The position numbers and the translations under genes were made by a program. The notes under the pieces were generated by a model that saw only the letters and a program-made list of their open reading frames with translations, was not told the DNA's origin and searched no databases. Positions 48,701-57,751 of a DNA stretch of 64,000 bases are shown here, one piece after another. Numbering within the stretch: the first letter of the stretch is position 1; each line of letters starts with the position of its first letter. The DNA comes from an uncultured Saprospiraceae bacterium (GTDB taxonomy: Bacteria > Bacteroidota > Bacteroidia > Chitinophagales > Saprospiraceae), in NCBI GenBank assembly GCA_937923485.1, contig CALDUE010000095.1, positions 619 through 64,618 of the forward strand, in the 5' to 3' direction.

Positions 48701-51700
48701 GTAGGCACATCGCTCTGACATTGTACCATGATAGCTACAACACCTGAAATGATTGGATCAGTGACGTCATTGTAAATGAACGATTGTGTCGCTGTTCCAG
48801 AATTCCCACAGTCGTCAACTACTGTATAGGTTCTTAAAACCGTATCAGGACATATTCCTGAAGGTGCTTCAACGTCGACATTGGTAATCATTAAATTACC
48901 TCCGCAGCCACTACCAGCAGCTAGAGTAATCGTAGGGTTTGGAGCTGCTAGTACATCACTGTAGCACTCTAGATTATTGACAGGCGCAATTGGATCGAAC
49001 GTTAGGGTCAGACCCGTTTGATCATAAGAGATAGTCTGACTCGCGTTCGTCACATTGCCACAACCATCGGTTGCAAAATAATTTCTGATTAAAGAGCCGG
49101 TGCAAGGTCCAGCTGAAATCACATTGTCAGAGAAAAACTGTACGGTAGCATTTCTGCCCACACAATTATCCATCGCCTCGATGTCGAGAATCGTTTCGGC
49201 TGGTCCTGGTACATCTGACGCACATACGACCATGATGTCTGCGATGCTTGTGAATACAGGAGCGATGGTGTCGTTCAAGTTAAATACTTGAAATACGCTT
49301 CCTTGATTACCGCAACCATCCTGTAGGAAGTAGCCACGCAATACTTGTCCCGAACATCCTGGATCAGCACTGTGGTTTACACTATCAATTTGCAGTGCGG
49401 TACCACAGAATCCCGTTCCGAAGAAGGTTGGATCTGTAAGTTGTGGTACGTCCAAAATATCTTGGTAACAAGTAAATACAGTAGGATCTGTTGGCGGAGT
49501 AGTAAGGGTTAAATTGCCTACACCATTCCAAGTGATTGCTTGGGTAACCCTCGCGGTATTTCCACAATCATCTGTAGCTGTATAGAATCGTATGATTCTA
49601 CCTGAACAATTGGTATTTCCAGAGCTTGGGACGTCATTGGCTACAAGTGAGGCCACGACACAATTGTCAGAAGCAGTAATATCTGCCAGCGTCATTGCAG
49701 CAGAAGGCACATCGCTTTGACACTGAACCATGATATCATCAATCCCACTAATTACAGGATTAGTTAGATCATTATAGGTGAAGGACTGTGATACCGTTCC
49801 AGTATTTCCACACGCATCTTCTACGGTAAAGGTCCGAAGAACTGTCGCGGGACATACCGCTGGTGGGTCTTCGACGTCAACATTGGTAATCATCAAATCA
49901 CCACCACAGCCACTACCAGCAGCTAGGGTTATTGTAGGATTGGGAGCGGTTAGCACTTCACTGTAGCACTCTAGATTATTTACAGGCGCAATTGGATCGA
50001 ACGTTAGGGTCAGACCCGTTTGATCATAAGAGATAGTCTGACTCGCGTTCGTCACATTGCCACAACCATCGGTTGCAAAATAATTTCTGATTAAAGAACC
50101 GGTGCAAGGTCCAGCTGAAATCACATTGTCAGAGAAAAACTGTACGGTAGCATTTCTGCCCATACAATTATCCATCGCCTCGATATCAAGAATTGTTTCT
50201 GAAGAACCTGGTACATCTGCTGCACATACGACCATGATGTCCGCGATGCTTGTGAATACAGGAGCAACGGTGTCGTTCAAGTTAAAGACTTGGAATACGC
50301 TACCTCGATTTCCGCAACCATCCTGTAGGAAGTAGCCACGCAATACTTGTCCAGAACAGCCTGGATCAGCAGTATGGTTTACACTATCAATTTGCAGTGC
50401 GGTACCACAGAATCCCGTTCCGAAGATGGTTGGGTCTGTAAGTTGTGGTACGTCCAAAATATCTTGGTAACAAGTAAATACAGTAGGATCTGTTGGCGGA
50501 GTAGTAAGGCTTAAGTTGCCTACACCATTCCAACTTATGCTTTGCTGAGCGGTACCAGTATTACCGCAAAGATCTACTGCAGTATACGTACGTACGATCG
50601 TACCAGAACAAGCAGTACTCATTGGACTAAGCACGTCATTTGCGATTAAGGTGTCAACGTAACAATTTTCACTGACAGATAAATCGCCAATGGTCAAAAC
50701 ACTAGATGGCACATCACTTTGGCATTGAAAATTAAGGTCAACTACACCTAAGATTACAGGATCAGTAACATCATTAAATGTAAAGGATTGTGTAATCATG
50801 CCCATATTTCCGCAATCGTCTTCGACTGTGTAGGTACGAAGTACAGTTGCTGGACATGTCATCGGGTCAGCCTCGGTGGAAGTAGCTGTGATCACTAAAC
50901 CACCTCCACAAAAGCTACCACCCAAGGATTGCGTACTAGGCAAAGGAGCATTAACAACTTCGTCGTAACACTCAAGATTTGTTACAGCAGGAAGCGTATT
51001 CAAGACCAGTGGACGATTCATCTGGTCGTATGAAATTATTTGATTAGCGGTGCTCGTGTTGCCACAAACATCAGTAGCGATATACGTTCTCAGAATCGAC
51101 CCAACGCAAGCATCTGTAGTATCAAACACACTCGCAAAAATTCGGATATCGACCATTCCCATGCAATTGTCCGATACGCCGTTTGCAACCGCATTAAAAG
51201 CAGGTAAGGTGTCTCTAATTTCTGCTTTACAAGCAAGGACAAAAGTATCTATAGCAGCGAAAGTCGGGGCGATCGTATCGCGCAAACGGATCACCTGAAT
51301 GAATGGATCTGGATTTACATTTCCACACAAGTCTTGCGCAGTATAGGTGAATGTAAAAGTGATATCAGGGCAACCAGGTACCCCATTTGAAATAGACGTA
51401 GAGTCTACTAAAGTCACAATGGCTCCATTACAATTATCTGTTGCAGTTGGTACAGGTCTCACTGCGGGAAGAGCGCATGCGAAAGTGGCATCTAGCTCCC
51501 CAGGTGCTTGATCAAAAACAGGTCCTGAGTTGTCAATGCTTGTAATATTTTGTGTTAAGGTAAATCCTGGCCTATTTCCACAAAGTGATATATAGCTATA
51601 GGTAACACGAAAAATTGAAGTACTACAATTTACAACTTCTTCTGGTGTGCTAAAAGAAGTGTTTACAGCAAACATATCGCAGTCCGTACTAAATTGCCGT

Positions 51701-53448
51701 ACAGGTATTGCTAAAGGATCAACTGTACAATCAATAGTCGTGTCCGGTAGAGACGTAGGAACGGTAAAAGAACCTGAATCTACATAATTGATCATCTGCG
51801 TAGTCATGATCATTTGACCGGCAGCATTGGTAAAGACGAACGTTCGTTTCTGGATACCTGTTTGGCATTGCAACATCGAGTCATCATTGAATATCGTATC
51901 CAAAGCAAAACTACCAGGACAGACTTCATTTACCGTTGGTACTCCACTGAAGAATGTATCGACAGGATTACGAAGACAGCTAAACGTTAGGTTGGGTAGT
52001 GGATTTATTGAAGCTGAACTCTTGTCCTCAACGATAACACTAACCATGCAGATATTAAAATTGCCATCAAAGTCGATTACTCGAAATTCAACTAATACAG
52101 TATCCCCGACGTCATCACAAGTGAATGTGACAAAATCTTCGAAATCGATATCGCCCATTCTCCTTACGGTAAAACTCTCGATAAAGCAGTTGTCAAAACT
52201 GCCATCATCAAAAGTTATTGCAGGTACGGAAGTAGAAGCGGTAGCCAATGAAACCGTTGTGATTTCATCACAAATAGCTACAGGTGCGAGGTTGTCATCT
52301 CGACGTACAACAACAGTATCTCTTGCAGTATTTCCGCAAGCGTCGCTTACTTCATAAATCGCGTCGAAAGTTGTTCCATCAAGGGGAAAGGAAGCGAACA
52401 AGAATCCTCCGTTTGTATTAATCATCCCAAAAGGTGTGCGAATCCGATAGGTGAGTGGATCGCTTCCACAAGCATCTTGGGCAACTATAGGCTGGAAGAA
52501 AACTGTTCCAGTACAATTTTGATCTCCTGATTGGTTAACTGCATTAATGGTGTCTTGGAGCGCTTGGCCGGTTCCTGTGAGAATCTGTGGCGCTTCATCA
52601 TCCATGATCTCAATAACCTGAAATCCAGTGCGAGTTTCATTTGTGCAGCAGTCGAGTACGCGATAGTTGCGCAAAAACTTGCGACTTGATCCACATGTAC
52701 TCAACGGCTCATCAGTAACAGTGGTCAACAGCTTACAGATGGATGAAATTGAATTTCCATTTACGGTAGGAAATTCAATCGCAGGGGTACCAAAATCTGC
52801 TGGGCAAAGGTTGGTGTCAGAGGTAAGAAAAGTCCTATTTGGTGGGAACACCACATCATCGATGTCTACGCGTTCAACAGTAATCGTTTGTGGGACAGTT
52901 GCTGAACGGTTACCGCTCTCGTCAATAACGAATATTGATCGGATGAACGTTTGAGCGATTCCATTAGCACAGCCTACTGAAGAAGGAATGCTAGTGATTC
53001 GGAATTCCAAATCTTCGGGAGCGGTACAGTTATCAGCAGCTGTGATCGCTGCATTTCCAAGCTCTTCGATGTCATCAACGCAGGTAACAGTGATATTCAT
53101 CACATTCACTACAGGGCGAAGATTATCGACGATAGTCACGTATGACCAGACGCTATTTCCTGTCGAAGAGCTGACCATTACGAGTAGGCGATCGCCTACA
53201 TCATAGCAATCTACCACTGGGTTCAAACGCATCGTACCATCTGTATTAAAGACGGTGACTGTTAAGTCTGGACATGTCGGAGTTCCTTCAAGAATTTCGT
53301 CATCGACAATGGTGTGGGGGGCGGGGTTGCCAAGGGCAATAGTAACTTCTGGGTTAGAAGTCATTGAACATGCATGCCCTATTGAAGGAAATGCAATGAC
53401 TAAAGCCGCAATGGCCATAATGGCCAGGCGTAGGTAATTTTGGATCAT
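45742..53448 (-). CDS. Giant (2568 aa) secreted adhesin-like protein: about 25 HYR/Ig-like Cys-containing modules, CarboxypepD_reg-like and dockerin-like segments, and a T9SS C-terminal sorting domain
   Basis: Signal peptide; repeated motif ...C.G...R.Y.A.D.CGN....Q.I...D...P; DVNKSGSVSAFDLTAIRRVIL (dockerin-like); C-terminal FPNPFDDHLSISAHL...RVVLQR. Confidence 0.9.
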   Translation of the reverse strand: MIQNYLRLAIMAIAALVIAFPSIGHACSMTSNPEVTIALGNPAPHTIVDDEILEGTPTCPDLTVTVFNTDGTMRLNPVVDCYDVGDRLLVMVSSSTGNSVWSYVTIVDNLRPVVNVMNITVTCVDDIEELGNAAITAADNCTAPEDLEFRITSIPSSVGCANGIAQTFIRSIFVIDESGNRSATVPQTITVERVDIDDVVFPPNRTFLTSDTNLCPADFGTPAIEFPTVNGNSISSICKLLTTVTDEPLSTCGSSRKFLRNYRVLDCCTNETRTGFQVIEIMDDEAPQILTGTGQALQDTINAVNQSGDQNCTGTVFFQPIVAQDACGSDPLTYRIRTPFGMINTNGGFLFASFPLDGTTFDAIYEVSDACGNTARDTVVVRRDDNLAPVAICDEITTVSLATASTSVPAITFDDGSFDNCFIESFTVRRMGDIDFEDFVTFTCDDVGDTVLVEFRVIDFDGNFNICMVSVIVEDKSSASINPLPNLTFSCLRNPVDTFFSGVPTVNEVCPGSFALDTIFNDDSMLQCQTGIQKRTFVFTNAAGQMIMTTQMINYVDSGSFTVPTSLPDTTIDCTVDPLAIPVRQFSTDCDMFAVNTSFSTPEEVVNCSTSIFRVTYSYISLCGNRPGFTLTQNITSIDNSGPVFDQAPGELDATFACALPAVRPVPTATDNCNGAIVTLVDSTSISNGVPGCPDITFTFTYTAQDLCGNVNPDPFIQVIRLRDTIAPTFAAIDTFVLACKAEIRDTLPAFNAVANGVSDNCMGMVDIRIFASVFDTTDACVGSILRTYIATDVCGNTSTANQIISYDQMNRPLVLNTLPAVTNLECYDEVVNAPLPSTQSLGGSFCGGGLVITATSTEADPMTCPATVLRTYTVEDDCGNMGMITQSFTFNDVTDPVILGVVDLNFQCQSDVPSSVLTIGDLSVSENCYVDTLIANDVLSPMSTACSGTIVRTYTAVDLCGNTGTAQQSISWNGVGNLSLTTPPTDPTVFTCYQDILDVPQLTDPTIFGTGFCGTALQIDSVNHTADPGCSGQVLRGYFLQDGCGNRGSVFQVFNLNDTVAPVFTSIADIMVVCAADVPGSSETILDIEAMDNCMGRNATVQFFSDNVISAGPCTGSLIRNYFATDGCGNVTNASQTISYDQTGLTLTFDPIAPVNNLECYSEVLTAPNPTITLAAGSGCGGDLMITNVDVEDPPAVCPATVLRTFTVEDACGNTGTVSQSFTYNDLTNPVISGIDDIMVQCQSDVPSAAMTLADITASDNCVVASLVANDVPSSGNTNCSGRIIRFYTATDDCGNTARVTQAITWNGVGNLTLTTPPTDPTVFTCYQDILDVPQLTDPTFFGTGFCGTALQIDSVNHSADPGCSGQVLRGYFLQDGCGNQGSVFQVFNLNDTIAPVFTSIADIMVVCASDVPGPAETILDIEAMDNCVGRNATVQFFSDNVISAGPCTGSLIRNYFATDGCGNVTNASQTISYDQTGLTLTFDPIAPVNNLECYSDVLAAPNPTITLAAGSGCGGNLMITNVDVEAPSGICPDTVLRTYTVVDDCGNSGTATQSFIYNDVTDPIISGVVAIMVQCQSDVPTSAMTLANITVSDNCGVDTLIVSEVANPTNTNCSGSIIRSYAATDGCGNTVIADQSISWDGVGALTLTTPPANTTVFTCYQDILDSPQITDPGFFGTGFCGTALQIDSVNHSADPGCSGQVLRGYFLQDGCGNQGSVFQMFMLNDTTGPVFSGVMDTMIQCETDLPSEQMTAASISAFDSCAMMPISFTVSTTADPNNSVCGGFFTRVYLATDQCGNVSSATQTITYGGGTLVLNNLPEFPDTFLCYQDVLDFMPTYTPSQFGTGVCGTPLSFVGNFTNSANPGCAGTVTRTFMLQDSCGNIGTATQLLVVKDTVGPELAAPRDRTIFNQCEMTFTNLNARLINAGNNACNNDANTFTFTNDSPFLGGTGDPNSLNAAGNYLSGLTTITFTATDLCGNTDSVSSFINIVDNESPTIGCSTVFLELDNTGVASITEDSLRTFFRPTDNCEIVSITLVSPTDLSFDCSNDLPLVQPYLFEVIDRAGNSNIGGCDIIVQDPPDISCRDLDFSLRPSDTSITITLSQVLSQFEFSDNCTPVEALEFDSSFPITYECSDFSGPSDTFSHSITIFDTDNEETTCTFNIIIANSCTAPPMDPFSLAGRVDAPLYGGAMDQTIVNLAYSGGSVQTLSDADGYYSFSNVPPGAISLSAKLPMRPTDRVTTYDMLRIGQHMLGTDDLDSPLLILAADVNKSGSVSAFDLTAIRRVILGQDAAFAGQYESTTFGAYHPFSDGNAPWSDADNWGTSFPFVSTDMMSQDISLVKLGDVNPTDFLRPRGASVLELEDAYVNAGETVDILVRNDYQSVIAGLQLSIIANGMLSAASADSNVEVYSNVVDGANRIIVLQELLQGEPIMTWSFTPSTSGLLSELIQINGDIPNESYAAEDLQPAQLALNWKSAINEDSVAEINAFPNPFDDHLSISAHLTKAGKHVLRVTDVTGRSFAERRIEATQDSWHNLRLNATDWSPGAYMLTIEGPTGRLTKRVVLQR
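48523..50526 (-). repeat. Two near-identical 1002 bp (334 aa) tandem units inside the giant gene, flanked by more diverged copies (about 47521-48522 and 50527-51030)
   Basis: The codons for GVGNL(S/T)LTTPP recur at 50526, 49524 and 48522, an exact 1002 nt spacing. Long runs of nucleotide identity are visible between 49000-49440 and 50000-50440. Confidence 0.9.
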
Positions 53449-53659
53449 AATCTGTTGTTAGCAGTATTATTGACTTCAATCCTGTATTATTACAAGAGGG
53501 ATGTCACTATCGTGAACGGTACGCATATGAAAATGTGACATGTGTTTAGTTAAAACACTGACATAACGCCAATTATGCCATAAATAGGGTAGATGGGGAA
53601 TTTCCTATCAGCTTATGTAGATTTTCGGGAAATCCTGTGCTTTCTAGTACCTTGTTGCC

Positions 53660-53956
53660 GTGGAAACAACGCTCATTATTTTGATCGGAGTAGCCTTCTT
53701 GGGCATGCTATTCGTCAATGTATATTTTCGCGCACAAGTGCTCAAAGCCTACAAAAAGCTGCAACGCGGTGGTGTTGAGTTTGAGGGTGCGGATATGCTG
53801 ACCCAAGAGCGCATCGAAGAGCTTGTAGAGCGTTATCCTGCTCAAGAAGAGCCGATTAGGCAGTTTACAGGGGGGATTCGCAAAACCATGTCTATCGCCT
53901 CAGGGCTCATCGTTTTAATCACTTTACTCGGTGGAGTATTGATGTGGTATCGTTAG
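53660..53956 (+). CDS. Small two-TM membrane protein, hypothetical
   Basis: 98 aa, GTG start, with TM helices at both ends. Confidence 0.45.
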   Translation: METTLIILIGVAFLGMLFVNVYFRAQVLKAYKKLQRGGVEFEGADMLTQERIEELVERYPAQEEPIRQFTGGIRKTMSIASGLIVLITLLGGVLMWYR

Positions 53957-54028
53957 CGATTCTTTACTTGGTGAAGGCGCCAATAACTGTACTTTGTGCG
54001 CCCAACAACACTGGTAACGCAGGTCACT

Positions 54029-55030
54029 ATGCCTCCATTAAAAATTGGTCTCGTCGGAACGGGACATCTCGGTAGGATTCACGCAAAGTGTCTCGATCTT
54101 CTACCGGACGAGGTAGTAGAGGTCGTTGGGGTTTTTGATATTGATTCTTCGGCTTGCGCCAAAACCGCCGAAAAGCACGGTTACCACGCCTGTAAGACTT
54201 ACGAAGAGTTATTGCACCTCGCCGATGCGGTTGATATCGTGACGCCAACTCCAACGCATTTTGTTTTGGCGAAAGCTGCGCTAGAAAACAACTGCCACGT
54301 TTTCGTTGAAAAGCCAGTAACGACCACACTTGCAGAAGCAGACGAACTCGCCAAACTTGCTGCCAAAACTGGTTTGGTCGTTCAAGTGGGCCATGTGGAA
54401 CGTTTCAACCCAGCCTATCAAGCAGTCAAAAATGAAAGCCTTGATCCAGTCTTCGTTGAGGCTCATCGTCTTGCGTTGTTCAATCCGAGAAGTACGGATA
54501 TTTCGGTGGTGCTTGATTTAATGATTCACGATTTAGACATCGTGCTTACGCTGATACCCAATAAACTCGAAAAAGTGAGTGCTAGTGGGGTTGGAGTCGC
54601 AGGAGAGAGCGTAGACATTGCCAATGCCCGTCTTGATTTTGAAAACGGTGTGACGGCCAACTTGACAGCAAGTAGAATCTCACTCAAAACCATGCGAAAA
54701 ATACGCCTCTTCCAACGAGATGCTTATATCAGCTTGGACATGCTCGACAAGAAAGCAGAGGTTGTTCGTCTTCATGACCATGATCCTGAAAATCCTGGAC
54801 TTCTACAGCTACCAACGAGTGCAGGTCTACGAGAAGTAGTGGCCACTTATCCTGAAATTGAGCCTATAAACGCCATCCAAGAGGAGCTTCGTTCTTTTGC
54901 AAATAGTGCGCTGCATGGCAGTCCAATTGCTGTCGATATTGCCGCGGGGCGTCGTGCGCTTGACGTAGCCTATCAAATATTGGAAGACATTGAGGTTAGA
55001 CGCAATAAGTACAAGGCGCAACAAGCTTAA
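54029..55030 (+). CDS. Gfo/Idh/MocA-family NAD(P)-dependent oxidoreductase
   Basis: IGLVGTGHLGRIH Rossmann motif and EKP motif. Start set at MPPLKIG (54029). Confidence 0.9.
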   Translation: MPPLKIGLVGTGHLGRIHAKCLDLLPDEVVEVVGVFDIDSSACAKTAEKHGYHACKTYEELLHLADAVDIVTPTPTHFVLAKAALENNCHVFVEKPVTTTLAEADELAKLAAKTGLVVQVGHVERFNPAYQAVKNESLDPVFVEAHRLALFNPRSTDISVVLDLMIHDLDIVLTLIPNKLEKVSASGVGVAGESVDIANARLDFENGVTANLTASRISLKTMRKIRLFQRDAYISLDMLDKKAEVVRLHDHDPENPGLLQLPTSAGLREVVATYPEIEPINAIQEELRSFANSALHGSPIAVDIAAGRRALDVAYQILEDIEVRRNKYKAQQA

Positions 55031-55037
55031 CATAACT

Positions 55038-55928
55038 ATGAATCCTAAATTGATGACACGCCTTCTTAGTTCTTTTTTGATCGTCACTTTGATTTTCACT
55101 GTGCTGCTATTTTCTAGCTGTGAAACAAGAGAATTAGAGGTTACCTACCTTTTCGTTCCAACCTTTGATGTAGAAGGAAATGGGATGTCTGGAGATGTCT
55201 CTACGAATATCACGGATGTTAGAGTGGTCATTGGAGCAGAAAGTTTAGGCTTCTATCCATTGCCTGCCCGCATCCCAATTCTCGCCTCTGGTGAGCATCG
55301 TATACGCTTGGAACCAGTCGTTCGTATTGCTGGTCTCTCAGCAAATCGAACCGTATATCCTTTCTACGAAGTCTTTGAAGAAACACTCGACTTGGTTCCT
55401 GGCACGATTGATACGATCAGACCGACGATCTCGTACGTATCTACCTCTTCCTTTGGTTATGTCGAGGACTTCGAAACAAATAATGCATCCTTGATCCTTG
55501 ACCTTGATGATTTCTCAGAAACGCAAATTGAAAGGTCTACGGATAGTCCTAGCCTTGGCTCAGGAGCAGGGGTGGCAACACTCACGAGAGATGCAAACAT
55601 CTTGGAGGTGGCTTCTCCCGTCATAAACTCTACAGGACAGGCATGGAATCGCATTTGGGTAGAAGTGGATTATAAAGGCACTGTACCTCTTGCATTGGCA
55701 CTTATTCCTGAAACCCCTGGTCCCGATCAAGAGCGACTTCCACGATTTGTTCAAGGCATTAGTTCAACAGAACAATTTATTAAAATCTATTTTGAAGTTG
55801 TTGCGAATTCACAGCAGGAGTTTGCTAGTGCGCCTTTCCGGCTCGCATTTCTAGCTGTTTTAGATTCGACTGAAACAGCCAACATTTCTGTAGATAACAT
55901 TAAAGTGGTTCATCAGAACCCTCTCTAG
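55038..55928 (+). CDS. Hypothetical lipoprotein
   Basis: MNPKLMTRLLSSFLIVTLIFTVLLFSSCE lipobox. Sits between the oxidoreductase and the sugar transferase. Confidence 0.55.
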   Translation: MNPKLMTRLLSSFLIVTLIFTVLLFSSCETRELEVTYLFVPTFDVEGNGMSGDVSTNITDVRVVIGAESLGFYPLPARIPILASGEHRIRLEPVVRIAGLSANRTVYPFYEVFEETLDLVPGTIDTIRPTISYVSTSSFGYVEDFETNNASLILDLDDFSETQIERSTDSPSLGSGAGVATLTRDANILEVASPVINSTGQAWNRIWVEVDYKGTVPLALALIPETPGPDQERLPRFVQGISSTEQFIKIYFEVVANSQQEFASAPFRLAFLAVLDSTETANISVDNIKVVHQNPL

Positions 55929-57350
55929 ATGCTTAAAGACCGCCGCATAAGAGATACGCGTGTCTATCAGGTTGGTGACTTCCTGGCAGCTAGTATCGCG
56001 TGGGCGGTTTTCTATACGTATCGCAAGTCTCTCGAAATTGAGCCTGTCACGACAGACCTCATTTTTGCGGACCCAAATTTTTGGGCGGGGGTTTTACTCA
56101 TTCCTCTCGCGTGGATAATGTTTTATCTGCTGTTTGATAGGTACCGAGACATCTATCGCTTATCGAGGTTGGCAACATTCATTCGTACCTTCTTCATATC
56201 GCTTTTAGGAGTCACCGTCTTGTTTTTCACTTTGATTTTAGACGATGTCGTCAGTGTCTACACTACCTACTATCGATCTTTCTTGGTGCTCTTCGGCCTG
56301 CATTTTAGTATTACCGTCCTTTTTCGCATGATCCTATTGACCAAAGCCTCGCGCAAGCTGAAGGCTGGCAAAGTGGGGTACAATACCCTGATCATAGGTG
56401 GTAATCAGCGTGCACTTGAGCTGTTTGCAGACATCACCAATCGCTCCAAAAGCTTAGGCTACATGCTTCGCGGGTATGTCAGTACGAACGGCGATAATGA
56501 GCCGCTTATGGGCAATCTGCCTCTGCTCGGTAAGGTCTCGCAGCTGAGAGAAGTGATCGTTGATTATGGCATTGAAGATGTCATCATCGCAACAGAAGCC
56601 AAAGAACAGGAACGTTTACGCGGCATCGTGGACATCCTTTTTGAATTTGGCGACAAGTTGCTCGTACGTATCATTCCAGATATGTACGACATCCTACTCG
56701 GGAATGTGCGGATGAATAACGTATATGGCGCAGTTGTCATCGAAATTCGTCAGCACCTTATCTCGAGTACGGAGGCTGTCATAAAGCGTTTTCTGGACAT
56801 ATTAGTTAGTGGAATAGCAATTTTGTTCCTCTTACCAATTTATGCTTACATCGCTATACGCACTCGAATGAGTTCGGATGGTCCCATATTCTACAAGCAG
56901 GAACGTGTCGGTCGTTTTGGCAAAAGCTTTCACATCATCAAGTTTAGATCGATGTTCACGAATGCAGAGGATGCTGGTCCGCAGCTTAGCAACGACCATG
57001 ATCCTCGTATCACGCCTTGGGGTAGAGTTATGCGTAAATGGCGCTTGGACGAATTACCTCAGTTTTGGAATGTGTTTAAAGGCGAAATGAGTCTCGTAGG
57101 TCCTCGACCAGAGCGCCAGCACTTCATCGATCTTATTATGACCGAGGCCCCACACTATCGCCATTTGCTTAAGGTTCGTCCAGGCATAACCAGCTGGGGG
57201 CAGGTTAAATACGGCTACGCAAGTAACCTAGAGCAAATGATCGCTCGCCTACGGTTTGACATTCTTTACATCGAAAACATGAGCTTGGCCTTAGATGTCA
57301 AGATCATTTTTTATACGGTTGTGGTGCTGTTTCAAGGGCAGGGGAAGTAG
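55929..57350 (+). CDS. Polyprenyl-phosphate sugar-phosphate transferase (WbaP/EpsB-type initiating transferase)
   Basis: 473 aa; N-terminal TM helices and a C-terminal bacterial sugar transferase motif (RVMRKWRLDELPQFWNVFKGEMSLVGPRP). Confidence 0.92.
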   Translation: MLKDRRIRDTRVYQVGDFLAASIAWAVFYTYRKSLEIEPVTTDLIFADPNFWAGVLLIPLAWIMFYLLFDRYRDIYRLSRLATFIRTFFISLLGVTVLFFTLILDDVVSVYTTYYRSFLVLFGLHFSITVLFRMILLTKASRKLKAGKVGYNTLIIGGNQRALELFADITNRSKSLGYMLRGYVSTNGDNEPLMGNLPLLGKVSQLREVIVDYGIEDVIIATEAKEQERLRGIVDILFEFGDKLLVRIIPDMYDILLGNVRMNNVYGAVVIEIRQHLISSTEAVIKRFLDILVSGIAILFLLPIYAYIAIRTRMSSDGPIFYKQERVGRFGKSFHIIKFRSMFTNAEDAGPQLSNDHDPRITPWGRVMRKWRLDELPQFWNVFKGEMSLVGPRPERQHFIDLIMTEAPHYRHLLKVRPGITSWGQVKYGYASNLEQMIARLRFDILYIENMSLALDVKIIFYTVVVLFQGQGK

Positions 57351-57492
57351 GCGCAGGGCGCTAAGAGCCTAATTTTGAATTTTGAGTTGGTCTCAAAGCT
57401 GCGCTTTTCGAATTTTCAATTTCGAGATGTTTAGCTCGCCTTGGCTCATTTACTAATTTTGAACTTAGCTCGCCTTTGGCTCATTTTGTTGC

Positions 57493-57619
57493 TAGCCACG
57501 GGTAAACCTTAGGCTAACGCTGGACGCCGCTCTGCGGCTACAATAGTGATGGCGTTGTTCCTAGCACGACGAAGCCACAGAGCGGCGTCTAATCTGTAGC
57601 ACTGGGTTTACCCGTGCTA
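57493..57619. other. 127 nt imperfect long hairpin (12 bp outer plus 17 bp inner stem) in a convergent intergenic region; candidate structured RNA or palindromic element
   Basis: ACGGGTAAACC (57498-57508) pairs with GGTTTACCCGT (57605-57615). GACGCCGCTCTGCGGCT (57523-57539) pairs with AGCCACAGAGCGGCGTC (57573-57589), with one mismatch. Confidence 0.5.
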
Positions 57620-57689
57620 CTCACATTCCGATATCCGATACCGAGCGAAGCACGAGGATCCACGCCCTCCGCGCGGGGCATGCGATATC

Positions 57690-57729
57690 CAAAAAAAAAC
57701 CGTCGCCCCATTGCTGGAACGACGGTTTT
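57690..57729 (-). terminator. Rho-independent terminator of secDF
   Basis: The minus strand reads AAAACCGTCG-14 nt-CGACGGTTTT followed by TTTTT. Confidence 0.85.
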
Positions 57730-57751
57730 AGCGGAAGCTAATTAATGGACC

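Noticed and set aside
57493-57619. Integron attC site
   Set aside because: The arm ends do not match the R''/R' core (RYYYAAC / GTTRRRY). No intI gene or cassette structure lies nearby.
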